Assembly (NCBI GenBank): GCA_948566455.1
Contig: CAOYQO010000003.1
Span: 48,709-112,708 of the forward strand
From: an uncultured Phocaeicola sp.
GTDB lineage: Bacteria; Bacteroidota; Bacteroidia; Bacteroidales; Bacteroidaceae
Reading direction: 5' to 3'
Length of the DNA: 64,000 bases
Both the position numbers and the translations under genes were made by a program. Below the pieces are notes generated by a model. The model worked only from the letters and a program-made list of their open reading frames with translations. It was not told the origin of the DNA and searched no databases. Positions 49,659-60,566 of this stretch are shown one piece after another. Each line of letters begins with the position of its first letter. The stretch's first letter is position 1.

Positions 49659-51680
49659 ATGAAATTGAAGTTTTTAGTAAGTACAATAGTTAGCATCATG
49701 ATATGGCCGGCAAGTATTATGGCACAAAGTGAATTGATTCCAATGATAGAAATACCTGCGGGAAATTTCTATATGGGGACTTTGGGTGAAGATGAAAATT
49801 ATGATGAAGCACCTATGCATAAGGTGCACATATCTAAACCGTTTAAAATGGGACTGACCGAAGTGACTAATGCGCAATATGAATTGTTCTGTCCCGGACA
49901 CAAGTTGTTGCGTGGTAAAAATGGTTTCTCAAATGAAGATGACGAAGCGGTGGTGTTCGTAACTTATCAAGATGCCGTTGCCTTTTGTGACTGGTTGACC
50001 CGGAAAGAAGGAAAAACGTATCGTCTGCCTACCGAAGCTGAATGGGAATATGCATGTAAGGCAGGCCGTTACTGGAACTTCTATATGGATGACAAGCTTC
50101 CTGCCGCCTGGCAAAAGAATCAAGTGATAACGGCTTCTCTAAAACCCTTGTCCTTGAAAGTGGCACAAACTCCTCCCAACGAATGGGGGTTATATGATAT
50201 GTGTGGAAATGTGGAGGAATGGTGTCTGGACTGGTATGGGCCCTATATAGACAAGGAACAGACTGACCCTGTCGGCTATTCGGACGGTATGGCACGGGTG
50301 ACCAGAGGAGGGAGTCATAATACACCGGTGAAATATCTCCGTTCGGCAAATCGTATGGCTATGTTGCCGGAGGACAAACATGCAATGACAGGCTTTCGGG
50401 TGGTACAGGCAGAGTATCCGCAGACCGCTCCGCTTTCTCAGCCAAAAGATGAGTATGTCGTGTCTCAGATAAAATGGAATTGGGCCTCTCAATGTGTCAC
50501 GGAACCAGTCTTCACTGCTCCTTTGGTTTATGTGCATGAACCGGATGCGCATAGTGGAACGCCTTTTTTCAAGCATAATCATCAGCCGGCATTGACTTGG
50601 TGTGATAATGGAGACTTGTTGGCTGTGTGGTTTTCTACCAATGAAGAAAAAGGCCGTGAGATGGTGGTGCTCTCTTCGCGCTTGCGTGCCGGAAGCCGTG
50701 AATGGGAAAAGCCTCGTATGTTTTATCAGATAGCTGATCGTAATTTGACCGGAACTGCATTGTTGAACGACCGCCAAGGGACTCTTTACCATATCAATGG
50801 AGTGGAAGCGGCCGGACATTGGCAGAATTTGATGATGACTTTGCGTACAAGTACAGATAATGGACAAACTTGGAGTAAACCTCGTATGATTGCTCCAGAG
50901 CATACGAGACGCCATCAAGTGATAGCCGGAACCTCTATTACAAAGGAAGGCTGGTTTGTTCAGGCTTGTGATGCCGGACCCGGTGGAAGAGACGGGGCTG
51001 CTGTTCATATCAGTAAGGATAAGGGAAAAACTTGGACGGACCCGTGGGATGGAGCGCCCTTGCCTGATTTTAAAGAGGGAGGGACAGGTACCACTATTGC
51101 CGGAATCCATGCCGGAGTGGTGCAATTGAAGGATGGCAGATTGATGGCATTGGGACGTAACAATAGTATTCGTGATAAAGAAGGACGTCTACGTATGCCT
51201 ATGAGTGTATCTGATGATATGGGCAAGACCTGGCATTATTCCGCTTCGGAATTTCCACCCATTGATGGAGGACAACGGCTGGTATTGATGCGTTTGAATG
51301 AAGGTCCTATTTTGCTGATTTCTTTTACTGAGCATCCTTATCGTACTCCGAAAGAGGAGCGTGGAATGATGTTTACTGATCAATCAGGAAAGCCTTTTAA
51401 AGGATATGGCATGTATGCTGCTTTGTCATACGATGAAGGTAAGACCTGGCCTGTAAAACGCTTGTTGACTGATGGTATTTATCGTTTTCTTAATGGTGGG
51501 GCTTGGACCCAGTTTTTTGAAATGGATGAGAATCATGCTGAGCCTCGTGGCTACTTGGCCGGAACACAAACACCTGATAACATGATTCATCTGATAACAA
51601 GCCGCTTTTATTATAAGTTTAATTTAGCTTGGCTGAAAGGAAACGAAAGTACACTCTTCCCTCAAATGTTGTTTGATTGA
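49659..51680 (+). CDS. FGE-sulfatase (SUMF1-like) domain fused to a BNR/sialidase-like beta-propeller
   Basis: EVTNAQY, RLPTEAEWEYAC, GLYDMCGNVEEW, RGGS, GFRVV; Asp-boxes STDNGQTW, SKDKGKTW, SDDMGKTW, SYDEGKTW; signal peptide. Confidence 0.85.
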   Translation: MKLKFLVSTIVSIMIWPASIMAQSELIPMIEIPAGNFYMGTLGEDENYDEAPMHKVHISKPFKMGLTEVTNAQYELFCPGHKLLRGKNGFSNEDDEAVVFVTYQDAVAFCDWLTRKEGKTYRLPTEAEWEYACKAGRYWNFYMDDKLPAAWQKNQVITASLKPLSLKVAQTPPNEWGLYDMCGNVEEWCLDWYGPYIDKEQTDPVGYSDGMARVTRGGSHNTPVKYLRSANRMAMLPEDKHAMTGFRVVQAEYPQTAPLSQPKDEYVVSQIKWNWASQCVTEPVFTAPLVYVHEPDAHSGTPFFKHNHQPALTWCDNGDLLAVWFSTNEEKGREMVVLSSRLRAGSREWEKPRMFYQIADRNLTGTALLNDRQGTLYHINGVEAAGHWQNLMMTLRTSTDNGQTWSKPRMIAPEHTRRHQVIAGTSITKEGWFVQACDAGPGGRDGAAVHISKDKGKTWTDPWDGAPLPDFKEGGTGTTIAGIHAGVVQLKDGRLMALGRNNSIRDKEGRLRMPMSVSDDMGKTWHYSASEFPPIDGGQRLVLMRLNEGPILLISFTEHPYRTPKEERGMMFTDQSGKPFKGYGMYAALSYDEGKTWPVKRLLTDGIYRFLNGGAWTQFFEMDENHAEPRGYLAGTQTPDNMIHLITSRFYYKFNLAWLKGNESTLFPQMLFD

Positions 51681-51927
51681 GAGATATATAGTATATATAT
51701 TTAATGATTTGTATTGATTGTTTTCTTTTGTGTGATTATATATACAAGAAACGAAGTAAAACGAAATTAAATAAAAAAGAAAATAATGCGAAATAATTTT
51801 TGTTTTCCGAAAATATTTCTACTTTTGCAATGTGTGATTTAAGATACTATGATTATGAAACATACTTAAAGAGAACACAAAAGGAACTATTAAATCTAAA
51901 AATGATTATTTGTTAACCCAGGAAAGT

Positions 51928-54900
51928 ATGGAAAATGTTCAGAAAACAAGGCGTTTGTTTGCAAGCGCATACGGTTGTAAAGCCAGCCGTTCTTTTCTTA
52001 TTTGGAGCTTGTCGGCCGCAATGTCCATAAGTGTCGCACCGATGATGGCTGAGGTTTCTGCCGATGTTAGGAACTTTGGCACTCAACTTGTTACTCAGGT
52101 GAAAAGGGTCACCGGAACCATTATTGATGAAACAGGTGAGCCTATGATTGGAGTATCAGTCTTGGTTCAGGGAACTACTACAGGGACGGTTACGGATTTG
52201 GATGGGAAGTTTGTATTGGAGATTCCCGCAAATGCTACATTGGTTATTTCGTATATCGGATATAAGACTCAGAACATAAAAGTCGGTAGCCAGCATGCGT
52301 TTGCTATTAAAATGGAGAGTGATAATGAGGTGCTTGACGAGGTAGTTGTAATTGGTTATCAAACAATTAAACGAAAGGATTTGACAGGTTCAGTTGCTTC
52401 TGTCAGTGGTAAGACTGTATCGGTCATGCCTGTTTCTAATGTGGCGCAGGCTATGCAGGGTAAACTTCCCGGTGTGAACATTACATCACAAGACGGGCGT
52501 CCTGACGCGGCTATTTCTATCCGTGTGCGAGGAGGAGGCTCTATTTCGCAAAGTAATGAACCTCTGATTCTGGTAGATGGTGTAACAGTGAATTCTTTAA
52601 ATGATATTCCTTCCGATCAAGTGGAAAGCATTGACGTCCTGAAGGATGCGTCTTCTACTGCTATTTATGGTGCACGTGGTGCCAATGGTGTAATCCTTGT
52701 GACTACAAAGGGAGCGAAAGAAGGGAAAGTTTCTGTTTCTTATAATGGTTATGTTAAATTTAATACGCCGACTAAATATTTGGAAACATTGGATCCTTAT
52801 GATTATTTATCGTTTGTTTGGGCGAATGCTGCGGCTAGTGGCGATGCATATCGTCTGCCATTCGAAAAATTGTATGGCATCGGTGATTATTCTGGTAGTA
52901 ATACGGGAGGTATAGAAAGTTATCGTAACACCAAGAATTATAACATCCAGAAAGATGTGTATAATAGTTCTGTGTCCCATAACCATGATTTGTCTGTTAG
53001 TGGAGGTACAGAAAAAACAAAGGTTTTGTTTGCGATGAACTATATGGATGAGGAAGGCATGAAGCTGAACTCTTATGCCAAGCGTGGAGGGATTTCGTTG
53101 AAGGTCAATCAGAAGTTACGTGATAATCTGGATATTAATCTGGATACCCGTTATAGTGATATGCGTACTATGGGAGATGAAGGGACAACTAATGGCTCTG
53201 GCTCATTGCTTTCATCTTCTTACCGTTTTCGTCCGATTGCTACCGGTGATATCTTGGGGGATTTGAATGCTTTGCGTGAAGGAAATATGGAAATGTATGG
53301 GCGTCAGTCCACTTGGGACACTTATAGTCCGGTTGCCCGTATCGGTGATTATGATCCGTTATATATCAAGCAAAGACTTCGTGGAACTTTGTCTTTAAAT
53401 TGGAGATTGTTTGACGGCTTTGCTTATCACACTGATTTTACTTTAAATCAGTCATGGGAACAAGATAAAAAATGGGGAGGAGCTATTTATAATAATTATT
53501 TGGATGACGAAACAGGCGCTAAGCTGTATGCGGGAAATGTGGAATATACGAAGCGTGACAGCTGGGGGCTTCGCTGGACGAATACAGTGAGTTATGATTT
53601 TAACTTCTTACCCAAACAGCATCGCCTGAATATTCTGTTGGGTCATGAGGTTACAGATTCAGGTGGTAGTAAAGTGTCGATTTCAGCTAGTCACTTCCCA
53701 TCTAATTTCACAAAGGACAATGCTTTTGCTATGATTAACCAATATGATGCGGAACATGGAACAAGTAAATTCTCTTCTGGAGTAGATATTCCCGGACGTA
53801 TTCTCTCATTCTTTGGTCGTGCTAATTATACATTGATGGACCGTTATTTGTTTACTGTGACATTCCGTGCCGATGGTTCTTCTAAGTTTTCGCCCGAACA
53901 TCGTTGGGGATATTTTCCTGCCGCTGCTTTCGGATGGCGTCTTTCTGAAGAATCTTTCATGGAAGGAACGAAAGACTGGTTGGATAATCTGAAAGTTCGT
54001 TTGTCTTATGGTACGGTAGGTAATGATGGCATCAGTTCTGATTTATGGTCACAAACTTGGACTTCTGAAACTGATTTGCGATATCAATATATATTGAATA
54101 ACCAGTATTCATCTTCATACGATCTTTCAACGGAACAGATGGCAAATAAAAATCTAAAATGGGAAACAACTATTACACGTAACCTTGGTTTCGATTTCGG
54201 ATTTTTAAAGAATCGTTTGTGGGGGTCTTTGGATTTATATTGGAATACAACGAAGGATTTGCTGATGTTGACTTCGCTTCCCGGAATTACCGGATTCACC
54301 TCTACGTATGATAACATTGGCCAGACTAGTAATAAGGGAATTGAGTTTTCTTTGTCTGGTGTGATTTATGAAAATAAAGATTGGAATATCACGGCTGGTA
54401 TGAATATAAATTTCAATAAAGGCAAGGTCGATAAATTGGCAGAAAATGTAACAGGTTTATATGGCTCTAGTTGGTGTGGCAGCAGCAGTTTCCCTGGTGA
54501 GGATTATATTTTGCAGGAAGGAAAACCTGTGGGCATGGTCAGAGGTTTTATATATGACGGCTTTTATACCACAGATGATTTTAATTATGTAAACGGACAA
54601 TATATATTGAAAGAGGGTGTGGCGGATTTAGGTTCTTTTATTAATCCTGTACATGGGGTGGACCGTCCGTCCGGACAAAATGCTTATCCGGGTCTTCCAA
54701 AATTTAAGGATATGGACAATAGTGGCGGCATTGATGAGAAAGATGTTACCATTATTGGTGATATGAATCCTGTTCATACAGGTGGTTTCAATATCAATAC
54801 AACTTATAAAAATTTTGATTTAGGATTGTATTTTAACTGGAGTTATGGTAATGATGTGTATAATGTGAATAAAATCGCTTCTTTATACGGTGCGAAAGAA

Positions 54901-55338
54901 AAGGGAGTATATGAGAATAAACTTGGTTTTATGAAAGACTCCTATAAGATTTATGACGTGGTAGATGGGAAATTGGTTCGTCTCACTACTCCTGAGCAAT
55001 TAAATGCAGCTAATGTAAATGCTAATTTGCCATTACCTTATAGTGAAAATGGGGTTACTTCCAGTATTGCTATCGAAGATGGTTCTTATTTGCGCTTGAA
55101 CACACTGACATTGGGATATTCATTGCCCGATAAAGTTTTGCATAAGGCTGGTTTGAGCAAATTGCGTATTTATGGAACAATTTACAATTTGTTTACTTTG
55201 ACCGGTTACTCAGGCTTGGATCCTGAAGTTAGTGCCAATACCTCTCAGAACAAGGCGAAATATCCTACAGTAGGATTGGACTGGGGAACTTATCCTAGAG
55301 CACGTTCGTTTGTGGTAGGCTTGAATCTTGCTTTCTAA
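51928..55338 (+). CDS. SusC/RagA TonB-dependent transporter (pair 4)
   Basis: LDEVVVIGYQ, VLKDASSTAIYGARGANGVILVTTK, RADGSSKF, terminal VGLNLAF; TACTTTTG at 51820-51827; start uncertain. Confidence 0.95.
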   Translation: MENVQKTRRLFASAYGCKASRSFLIWSLSAAMSISVAPMMAEVSADVRNFGTQLVTQVKRVTGTIIDETGEPMIGVSVLVQGTTTGTVTDLDGKFVLEIPANATLVISYIGYKTQNIKVGSQHAFAIKMESDNEVLDEVVVIGYQTIKRKDLTGSVASVSGKTVSVMPVSNVAQAMQGKLPGVNITSQDGRPDAAISIRVRGGGSISQSNEPLILVDGVTVNSLNDIPSDQVESIDVLKDASSTAIYGARGANGVILVTTKGAKEGKVSVSYNGYVKFNTPTKYLETLDPYDYLSFVWANAAASGDAYRLPFEKLYGIGDYSGSNTGGIESYRNTKNYNIQKDVYNSSVSHNHDLSVSGGTEKTKVLFAMNYMDEEGMKLNSYAKRGGISLKVNQKLRDNLDINLDTRYSDMRTMGDEGTTNGSGSLLSSSYRFRPIATGDILGDLNALREGNMEMYGRQSTWDTYSPVARIGDYDPLYIKQRLRGTLSLNWRLFDGFAYHTDFTLNQSWEQDKKWGGAIYNNYLDDETGAKLYAGNVEYTKRDSWGLRWTNTVSYDFNFLPKQHRLNILLGHEVTDSGGSKVSISASHFPSNFTKDNAFAMINQYDAEHGTSKFSSGVDIPGRILSFFGRANYTLMDRYLFTVTFRADGSSKFSPEHRWGYFPAAAFGWRLSEESFMEGTKDWLDNLKVRLSYGTVGNDGISSDLWSQTWTSETDLRYQYILNNQYSSSYDLSTEQMANKNLKWETTITRNLGFDFGFLKNRLWGSLDLYWNTTKDLLMLTSLPGITGFTSTYDNIGQTSNKGIEFSLSGVIYENKDWNITAGMNINFNKGKVDKLAENVTGLYGSSWCGSSSFPGEDYILQEGKPVGMVRGFIYDGFYTTDDFNYVNGQYILKEGVADLGSFINPVHGVDRPSGQNAYPGLPKFKDMDNSGGIDEKDVTIIGDMNPVHTGGFNINTTYKNFDLGLYFNWSYGNDVYNVNKIASLYGAKEKGVYENKLGFMKDSYKIYDVVDGKLVRLTTPEQLNAANVNANLPLPYSENGVTSSIAIEDGSYLRLNTLTLGYSLPDKVLHKAGLSKLRIYGTIYNLFTLTGYSGLDPEVSANTSQNKAKYPTVGLDWGTYPRARSFVVGLNLAF

Positions 55339-55368
55339 TCAAAAAAACAAATCATTAAATTAATTATT

Positions 55369-57405
55369 ATGAATAAATTAGTAACATATATATCTGCATT
55401 GGCACTATGCTGTTCTTTTGCTCAATGTAGTGATTATCTGAATACTTCTTCACCGGAGAACACAGGAGATGAGTTTGTAACCTCTTCTACTTCTGAAACT
55501 TTTAAAATTCTGTCTTGGTGTTATGCTAATTATCGGCAGAATTGTATTATGGGGGCTTATCGTTGGAATGATCCTATTGGTTCAGACTCTGAAATATATC
55601 CGGAAATAGGTTCTTTGAATAATGCCAACGCCAGACTTTTACCAGAATTGTTAAGTGTAAATGCGGGCGGTTCAGGCTTCAACGGGCTTTATACTACGAT
55701 TGCACGTGCATCTAGAGTCGCAGAATTGGTAGCTGGTAAAACTGCATTTCAAGATGCTGTGGCTGCAGGAAAAGTAAATGATTGGACTCAACTTTATGGT
55801 GAGGCTTTAACAATGAAGGCTTTCTGCTATTTCGATTTGGTAAAACATTATGGTGATGTACCTTATGGATATGAAAATAACAATGTGGAAGATTATTCAT
55901 TAACTTCCCGCTTTGAAATTTATGATAATCTTATTGAGATATTGAAGGAGGCAGAGGCATTGATGTATCCACTGGGAGAAGGTGGCATTACTGCAGAACG
56001 TTTTTCTAAAGGATTTGCTGAAGCGTTGTTAGGACAAATAGCTCTTTATTCCGGTGGATATCAGACAATTCGTACAGATGTGCCCGGCTTGTATGGTGAC
56101 GTGCAGTTTACGACAAAAGGAAAAGAAGAATTGGGATGTGTCTATGCTCGGCGCAATGATTATCTGGATTATTATAAGATTGCCGAGAAATATTTTCAGG
56201 CTGCTTTGAATAATAAAGGAACGGCTGCTTTAGTTACGGTTGATGACCGGAGTTATGCGAATAATCCGTTTCAGCGTCATTTCCAATATACTCATGATCT
56301 GGCTCTTAGTCCGGAATCTATTTTTGAAGTAGGTAATATACAAGGGGGGCAAAGTGGGCAGACTACTACCAGTGAATATTCTTATGCTTTTGGACGTCCG
56401 TCCAGTGGTGGTAGTAATCAAGCTGCGCCTTGCAAGTCGTTTGGGGCATTACGTATTATCCCTTCTTTTTATTATGGTGAGTTTGAAGCGGGTGATATGC
56501 GTAGAGATGCTAGTGTGACTGTAACCGGTAGCAAGGGGGATGGCAATGAAGCTTTGTTGTCTTTTACTCCGGGTAATAAGTTGGATGGGGGAATTGCGAT
56601 TAATAAATGGGATGAGAATCGTATGGATCCTCCTTATACCACATCTCAACGTACTTCAGGGATGAATTGGCCAGTGTTGAGGCTTGCTGACCTTATTTTA
56701 ATGCAAGCTGAGGTCAAAGCGGAATTGGGAACGGAAGGAGAAGCAATCCAATTACTTAACCAAATCCGTCAACGCGCTTTTGGTAATTCCGATCATGCCA
56801 TTTCAGCTTCAGGTGAAGTTTTGAAGGAAGCTATTTTACAGGAGCGCAAATTAGAACTTTTAGGTGAAGGTACTCGTCGCTGGGATTTGATTCGTTCGGG
56901 TAAATTTGTGGAAAAAGCTTTAGCTGTTCGTGCAGAAATGACGGATATGGTTCATGATTTGCAAACAAAAGGATACCATGAATTTGCTAATGGTAATGTG
57001 ATCTCGAATTATGTATATACTAAGAAAGTGCATTTAAGTTCACCGTTGACTTTTGATCCTGATGAGTCGGATCCAGCTCTGTATCCAGGATGGAGAGGAC
57101 AATATGATTATAGTACCACTTCGGTAAAAGTTACTGGAACAGACCATAACCTAGCTATTGAGGGGCTGTTTAATTATATAGATCCCGATGGTGCTGAAGC
57201 AAAGAAACTGCTTGACGAGGGTTATGCAAAGGTTGATTGGGGAGCAACATTGGTGAAATATGCTGATCATTATACGAATAGTAATTTGTTGCCGGGAGTA
57301 AAGGACGGTAATGTTCCTCCCAGATATTACTGGCCTATTCCATTCGAAACGTTGAGCAAATCTAAAGGCAAGATAACGAATGGATATGGTTTGGCACAAG
57401 AATAA
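55369..57405 (+). CDS. SusD/RagB family lipoprotein (pair 4)
   Basis: N-terminal FAQCSDYL; LRLADLILMQAE, ILQERKLELLGEGTRRWDLIR. Confidence 0.93.
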   Translation: MNKLVTYISALALCCSFAQCSDYLNTSSPENTGDEFVTSSTSETFKILSWCYANYRQNCIMGAYRWNDPIGSDSEIYPEIGSLNNANARLLPELLSVNAGGSGFNGLYTTIARASRVAELVAGKTAFQDAVAAGKVNDWTQLYGEALTMKAFCYFDLVKHYGDVPYGYENNNVEDYSLTSRFEIYDNLIEILKEAEALMYPLGEGGITAERFSKGFAEALLGQIALYSGGYQTIRTDVPGLYGDVQFTTKGKEELGCVYARRNDYLDYYKIAEKYFQAALNNKGTAALVTVDDRSYANNPFQRHFQYTHDLALSPESIFEVGNIQGGQSGQTTTSEYSYAFGRPSSGGSNQAAPCKSFGALRIIPSFYYGEFEAGDMRRDASVTVTGSKGDGNEALLSFTPGNKLDGGIAINKWDENRMDPPYTTSQRTSGMNWPVLRLADLILMQAEVKAELGTEGEAIQLLNQIRQRAFGNSDHAISASGEVLKEAILQERKLELLGEGTRRWDLIRSGKFVEKALAVRAEMTDMVHDLQTKGYHEFANGNVISNYVYTKKVHLSSPLTFDPDESDPALYPGWRGQYDYSTTSVKVTGTDHNLAIEGLFNYIDPDGAEAKKLLDEGYAKVDWGATLVKYADHYTNSNLLPGVKDGNVPPRYYWPIPFETLSKSKGKITNGYGLAQE

Positions 57406-57414
57406 GAATTATAT

Positions 57415-58914
57415 ATGAAAAACATTTTATCTGTTTGCGCATTTTTGCTAGTCTTTGGGGCGCTCCCTTTATGGGGGCAGTCCCAAGATCCTTTAAATGA
57501 GGATCAAACTACTGTACGTATTTTGGAAGGTGATAATTCGGATCCTTCTATTGTCCGTTATGGAAAATCTTATTATCTGGTCCATTCCTCTTTTATTTAT
57601 ACTCCGGGACTGGTCGTTTACCAGTCGGATGACCTGATAAACTGGACTCCCTGTTCCACTGTCTTGTCTACTTTTACCGGAGACATCTGGGCTCCGGATA
57701 TTGTAGTCCATAACAAGCGTTTCTATATTTATTTCCCTACTCGGGACGAGAAAGGAAAGAAAACCAATATGGTAACTTGGGCGGATACTCCGGAAGGTCC
57801 GTGGAGCGCTCCGGTTGATTTGAAAATAGGGGGAATTGATCCGGAACATGTGGTTGGTGAGGACGGAAAACGATATCTGTTGCTCAGCTCCGGTGCTTTA
57901 TATCCGTTGTCGGATGATGGATGCTCTATTACAGGAGAACCGGTTCGGATTTATAAGGAATGGGAAATACCGGAGGAATGGGATATAGAAGGAGTTTCCA
58001 TGGAAGGTCTGAATGTGAAAAAAGTAGGAGAGTATTATTATTTATTCGCGGCCGAAGGGGGTACGGCAGGTCCCCCCACCAGTCACATGGTAGTACAGGC
58101 ACGTAGTAAAAATATAATGGGTCCTTGGGAGAATGCTCCTTTCAATCCGCTTCTTCGTACGGAATCGCGTAATGAAAAATGGTGGAGTAAAGGGCATGGC
58201 TCTATTGTTGATACGGAAGATGGACGGTTATTCATGATTTTCCATGCTTATGAGAACGGATTCCAGACATTGGGGCGTCAGACCCTTTTACGTGAACTGG
58301 TTCAGAAGGAAGATGGGTGGTTGCATTTGAAAGAAGGAGTCATTTCTTTTCCTGCACCGGAACGTTTGAAAGTATCCGGTATAGAGGATTTTGTATGGCA
58401 GACGTGCCGGGAACATAGTTTAAATGACCGGTTTCGGATTACTCCTGATAAAATCAGTATAGATGCAAAAGGGAATACTCCTAAAGAAGGCTCTCCTTTG
58501 TTGGCGCGTACCAGTGCTCATAAATATGAAGTGGAGGCTTGTTTCGAACTGAAAGGTGAAAATACATCTGCCGGATTGGTAGCCTATTATGATGAGAATT
58601 ATCATTTTGGATTTGGTTTTAATCATAAGCAGCTGCTTCGTTACCGGCGTGGACAAGTCAGCCGTACGGAATCAAAATCTCCTCAAGCAAACCAATGTGG
58701 AAAGATGTGGCTGCGTTTGCGGAATGATGCGAATGTATTATCGGCCTGGTATAGTGCCGATGGTAAAAAATGGCATAAGTATCCATGGGGATTTGAAATA
58801 TCGGGGGTACATCATAACACGGTATATGGTTTCTTGTTTGTCCGTCCGGGTATTTTTGCCGGTGGTGACGGACAGGTGGAAGTGACGGACTTTGTTTTGA
58901 GGAACCTTGATTGA
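57415..58914 (+). CDS. GH43 beta-xylosidase/arabinofuranosidase-like with C-terminal beta-sandwich
   Basis: DPSIVR, SDDLINW, IWAPD, IDP, EG, AEGGTAG, GHGSIV, LGRQ. Confidence 0.9.
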   Translation: MKNILSVCAFLLVFGALPLWGQSQDPLNEDQTTVRILEGDNSDPSIVRYGKSYYLVHSSFIYTPGLVVYQSDDLINWTPCSTVLSTFTGDIWAPDIVVHNKRFYIYFPTRDEKGKKTNMVTWADTPEGPWSAPVDLKIGGIDPEHVVGEDGKRYLLLSSGALYPLSDDGCSITGEPVRIYKEWEIPEEWDIEGVSMEGLNVKKVGEYYYLFAAEGGTAGPPTSHMVVQARSKNIMGPWENAPFNPLLRTESRNEKWWSKGHGSIVDTEDGRLFMIFHAYENGFQTLGRQTLLRELVQKEDGWLHLKEGVISFPAPERLKVSGIEDFVWQTCREHSLNDRFRITPDKISIDAKGNTPKEGSPLLARTSAHKYEVEACFELKGENTSAGLVAYYDENYHFGFGFNHKQLLRYRRGQVSRTESKSPQANQCGKMWLRLRNDANVLSAWYSADGKKWHKYPWGFEISGVHHNTVYGFLFVRPGIFAGGDGQVEVTDFVLRNLD

Positions 58915-58952
58915 TACGTTGTTTTAACTGGAATTTAATGATTGAATGGCTT

Positions 58953-60560
58953 ATGAAATATTGCTGCTTTCTTTTAATAATATGGTTTCTGGGAATTTCC
59001 GGTGGATTTGCTCAGGATAAGGTGGAATGTTGGGGACGTTATGAAATCTCCATTCCTGCCAAAGTGAAGGGTAATCCTTTTGATGTTGAACTTACAGCGA
59101 CGTTCAACGGGCCGGATACCACATTGACAGTACGTGGGTTTTATGATGGAAATGATACTTTTAAAATTCGTTTCATGCCTGTGAAGCAAGGAGGATGGTA
59201 TTATATAACACAGAGTAAAATCCCTGCATTGGATGGAGTAAAAGGTCAGATAGAATGTATTGCTCCGGGTAAAGGAAATCATGGCCCAGTCAAAGTGGAT
59301 GGAACTTATAACTTTAAATATGCTGATGGGACACGTTACTATCCGGTTGGAACGACTTCTTATGATTGGATGCATGTGGCCGGTAACCAACCCGATCAGA
59401 CTGTAAAATCATTGGAACTGTCCAAGTTCAATAAGATCAGGATGCTGTTTTTTGTGCAAAACTTTGATCCGGATTATCCTGAACCCTCCATGTTTCCTTT
59501 TGAGATAAAGAAGATAACAAAGGATGAAAAGGGAAAGCCTGTGTATGAATGGGATTTCACCCGCTTCAATCCGGCTTATTTTGCTCATGTGGAAGCATGT
59601 GTGGATAATTTGGCCGGAATAGGGGTGGAGGCTGATTTGATTCTTTTCCACCCTTATGATGGTGGCCGTTGGGGATTTGACAGGATGCCTTTGGAAGCCG
59701 GTGTCCGATATTTGAAGTATCTGACAGCCCGTATGAGTTCATTTCGCAATATTTGGTGGTCGCTGGCCAATGAATATGATTTTTTGAGAGAATTAAAACC
59801 GGAATATTGGGATACCTTTACACATACGGTAGTAGAGAATGATCCTTATTCTCATTTATGTTCCATTCATACTTATACAGCTAAGTATTATAAATATTGG
59901 GAACCGGAATATACCCATGCCAGCATACAGGACCAGGCACCTGTAGAGGGTTTTGGAAGAGCGGCTACGGTGAAGAATATTTATAAGAAACCGATTATTT
60001 TTGATGAGGTATGTTATGAGGGCAATATGGATAACCGATGGGGAAGCTTGAGCGGTCAGGAATATCTTTATCGCTTGTGGCAAGGGCTGATTGTGGGGAC
60101 TTACGTAACTCACGGAGAATGTTATATGGATAATCCAAAAGATTATTCCCGTGATTTTCTGGCTGTAGGAGGAACTTTTCAAGGGGAGTCCTGGAAGCGC
60201 ATCGGCTTTACAAGACAGATTTTGGATGCACTCCCCAATCCCTTGCATTTATGCGATAGTAGTTGGGACCCATATACTTCTACTGCCGGAGAAAACTATT
60301 ATATGATTTATCTGGGCAAAGAAATAAGACCGGAATGGATATTTGATTTACCGGTAAAAAACGCTTTTTATCCACGTTTGAAAGAAGGAGTACGTTTTAA
60401 AGTGGAAGTCATTGATACTTGGAACATGACGATAGCCGAATGGCCTGTCGTTTTTGAAACGACTGCTCCTGTAAAAGATAGGGTGTATGATAAAAATCAA
60501 GGAAGAGTAAGACTGCCTGCAAGTCCTTATCTGCTGCTAAGGATAACTGAAGTAAAATAA
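58953..60560 (+). CDS. DUF5060/DUF4038/DUF5605-type apiosidase-like putative glycoside hydrolase
   Basis: GFYDG..FKIRFMP, YADGT.YYPVGTT, ADLILFHPYD, WWSLANEYD, DEVCYEG, YVTHGE, IDTWNMT; start ATG 58953 gives a signal peptide. Confidence 0.75.
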   Translation: MKYCCFLLIIWFLGISGGFAQDKVECWGRYEISIPAKVKGNPFDVELTATFNGPDTTLTVRGFYDGNDTFKIRFMPVKQGGWYYITQSKIPALDGVKGQIECIAPGKGNHGPVKVDGTYNFKYADGTRYYPVGTTSYDWMHVAGNQPDQTVKSLELSKFNKIRMLFFVQNFDPDYPEPSMFPFEIKKITKDEKGKPVYEWDFTRFNPAYFAHVEACVDNLAGIGVEADLILFHPYDGGRWGFDRMPLEAGVRYLKYLTARMSSFRNIWWSLANEYDFLRELKPEYWDTFTHTVVENDPYSHLCSIHTYTAKYYKYWEPEYTHASIQDQAPVEGFGRAATVKNIYKKPIIFDEVCYEGNMDNRWGSLSGQEYLYRLWQGLIVGTYVTHGECYMDNPKDYSRDFLAVGGTFQGESWKRIGFTRQILDALPNPLHLCDSSWDPYTSTAGENYYMIYLGKEIRPEWIFDLPVKNAFYPRLKEGVRFKVEVIDTWNMTIAEWPVVFETTAPVKDRVYDKNQGRVRLPASPYLLLRITEVK

Positions 60561-60566
60561 TTAATG

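Noticed and set aside
50190..51125. 311-aa antisense ORF and other shadow ORFs (e.g. 10808-11395, 46929-47540, 8776-9144)
   Set aside because: They overlap well-supported genes on the opposite strand and show no protein motifs.
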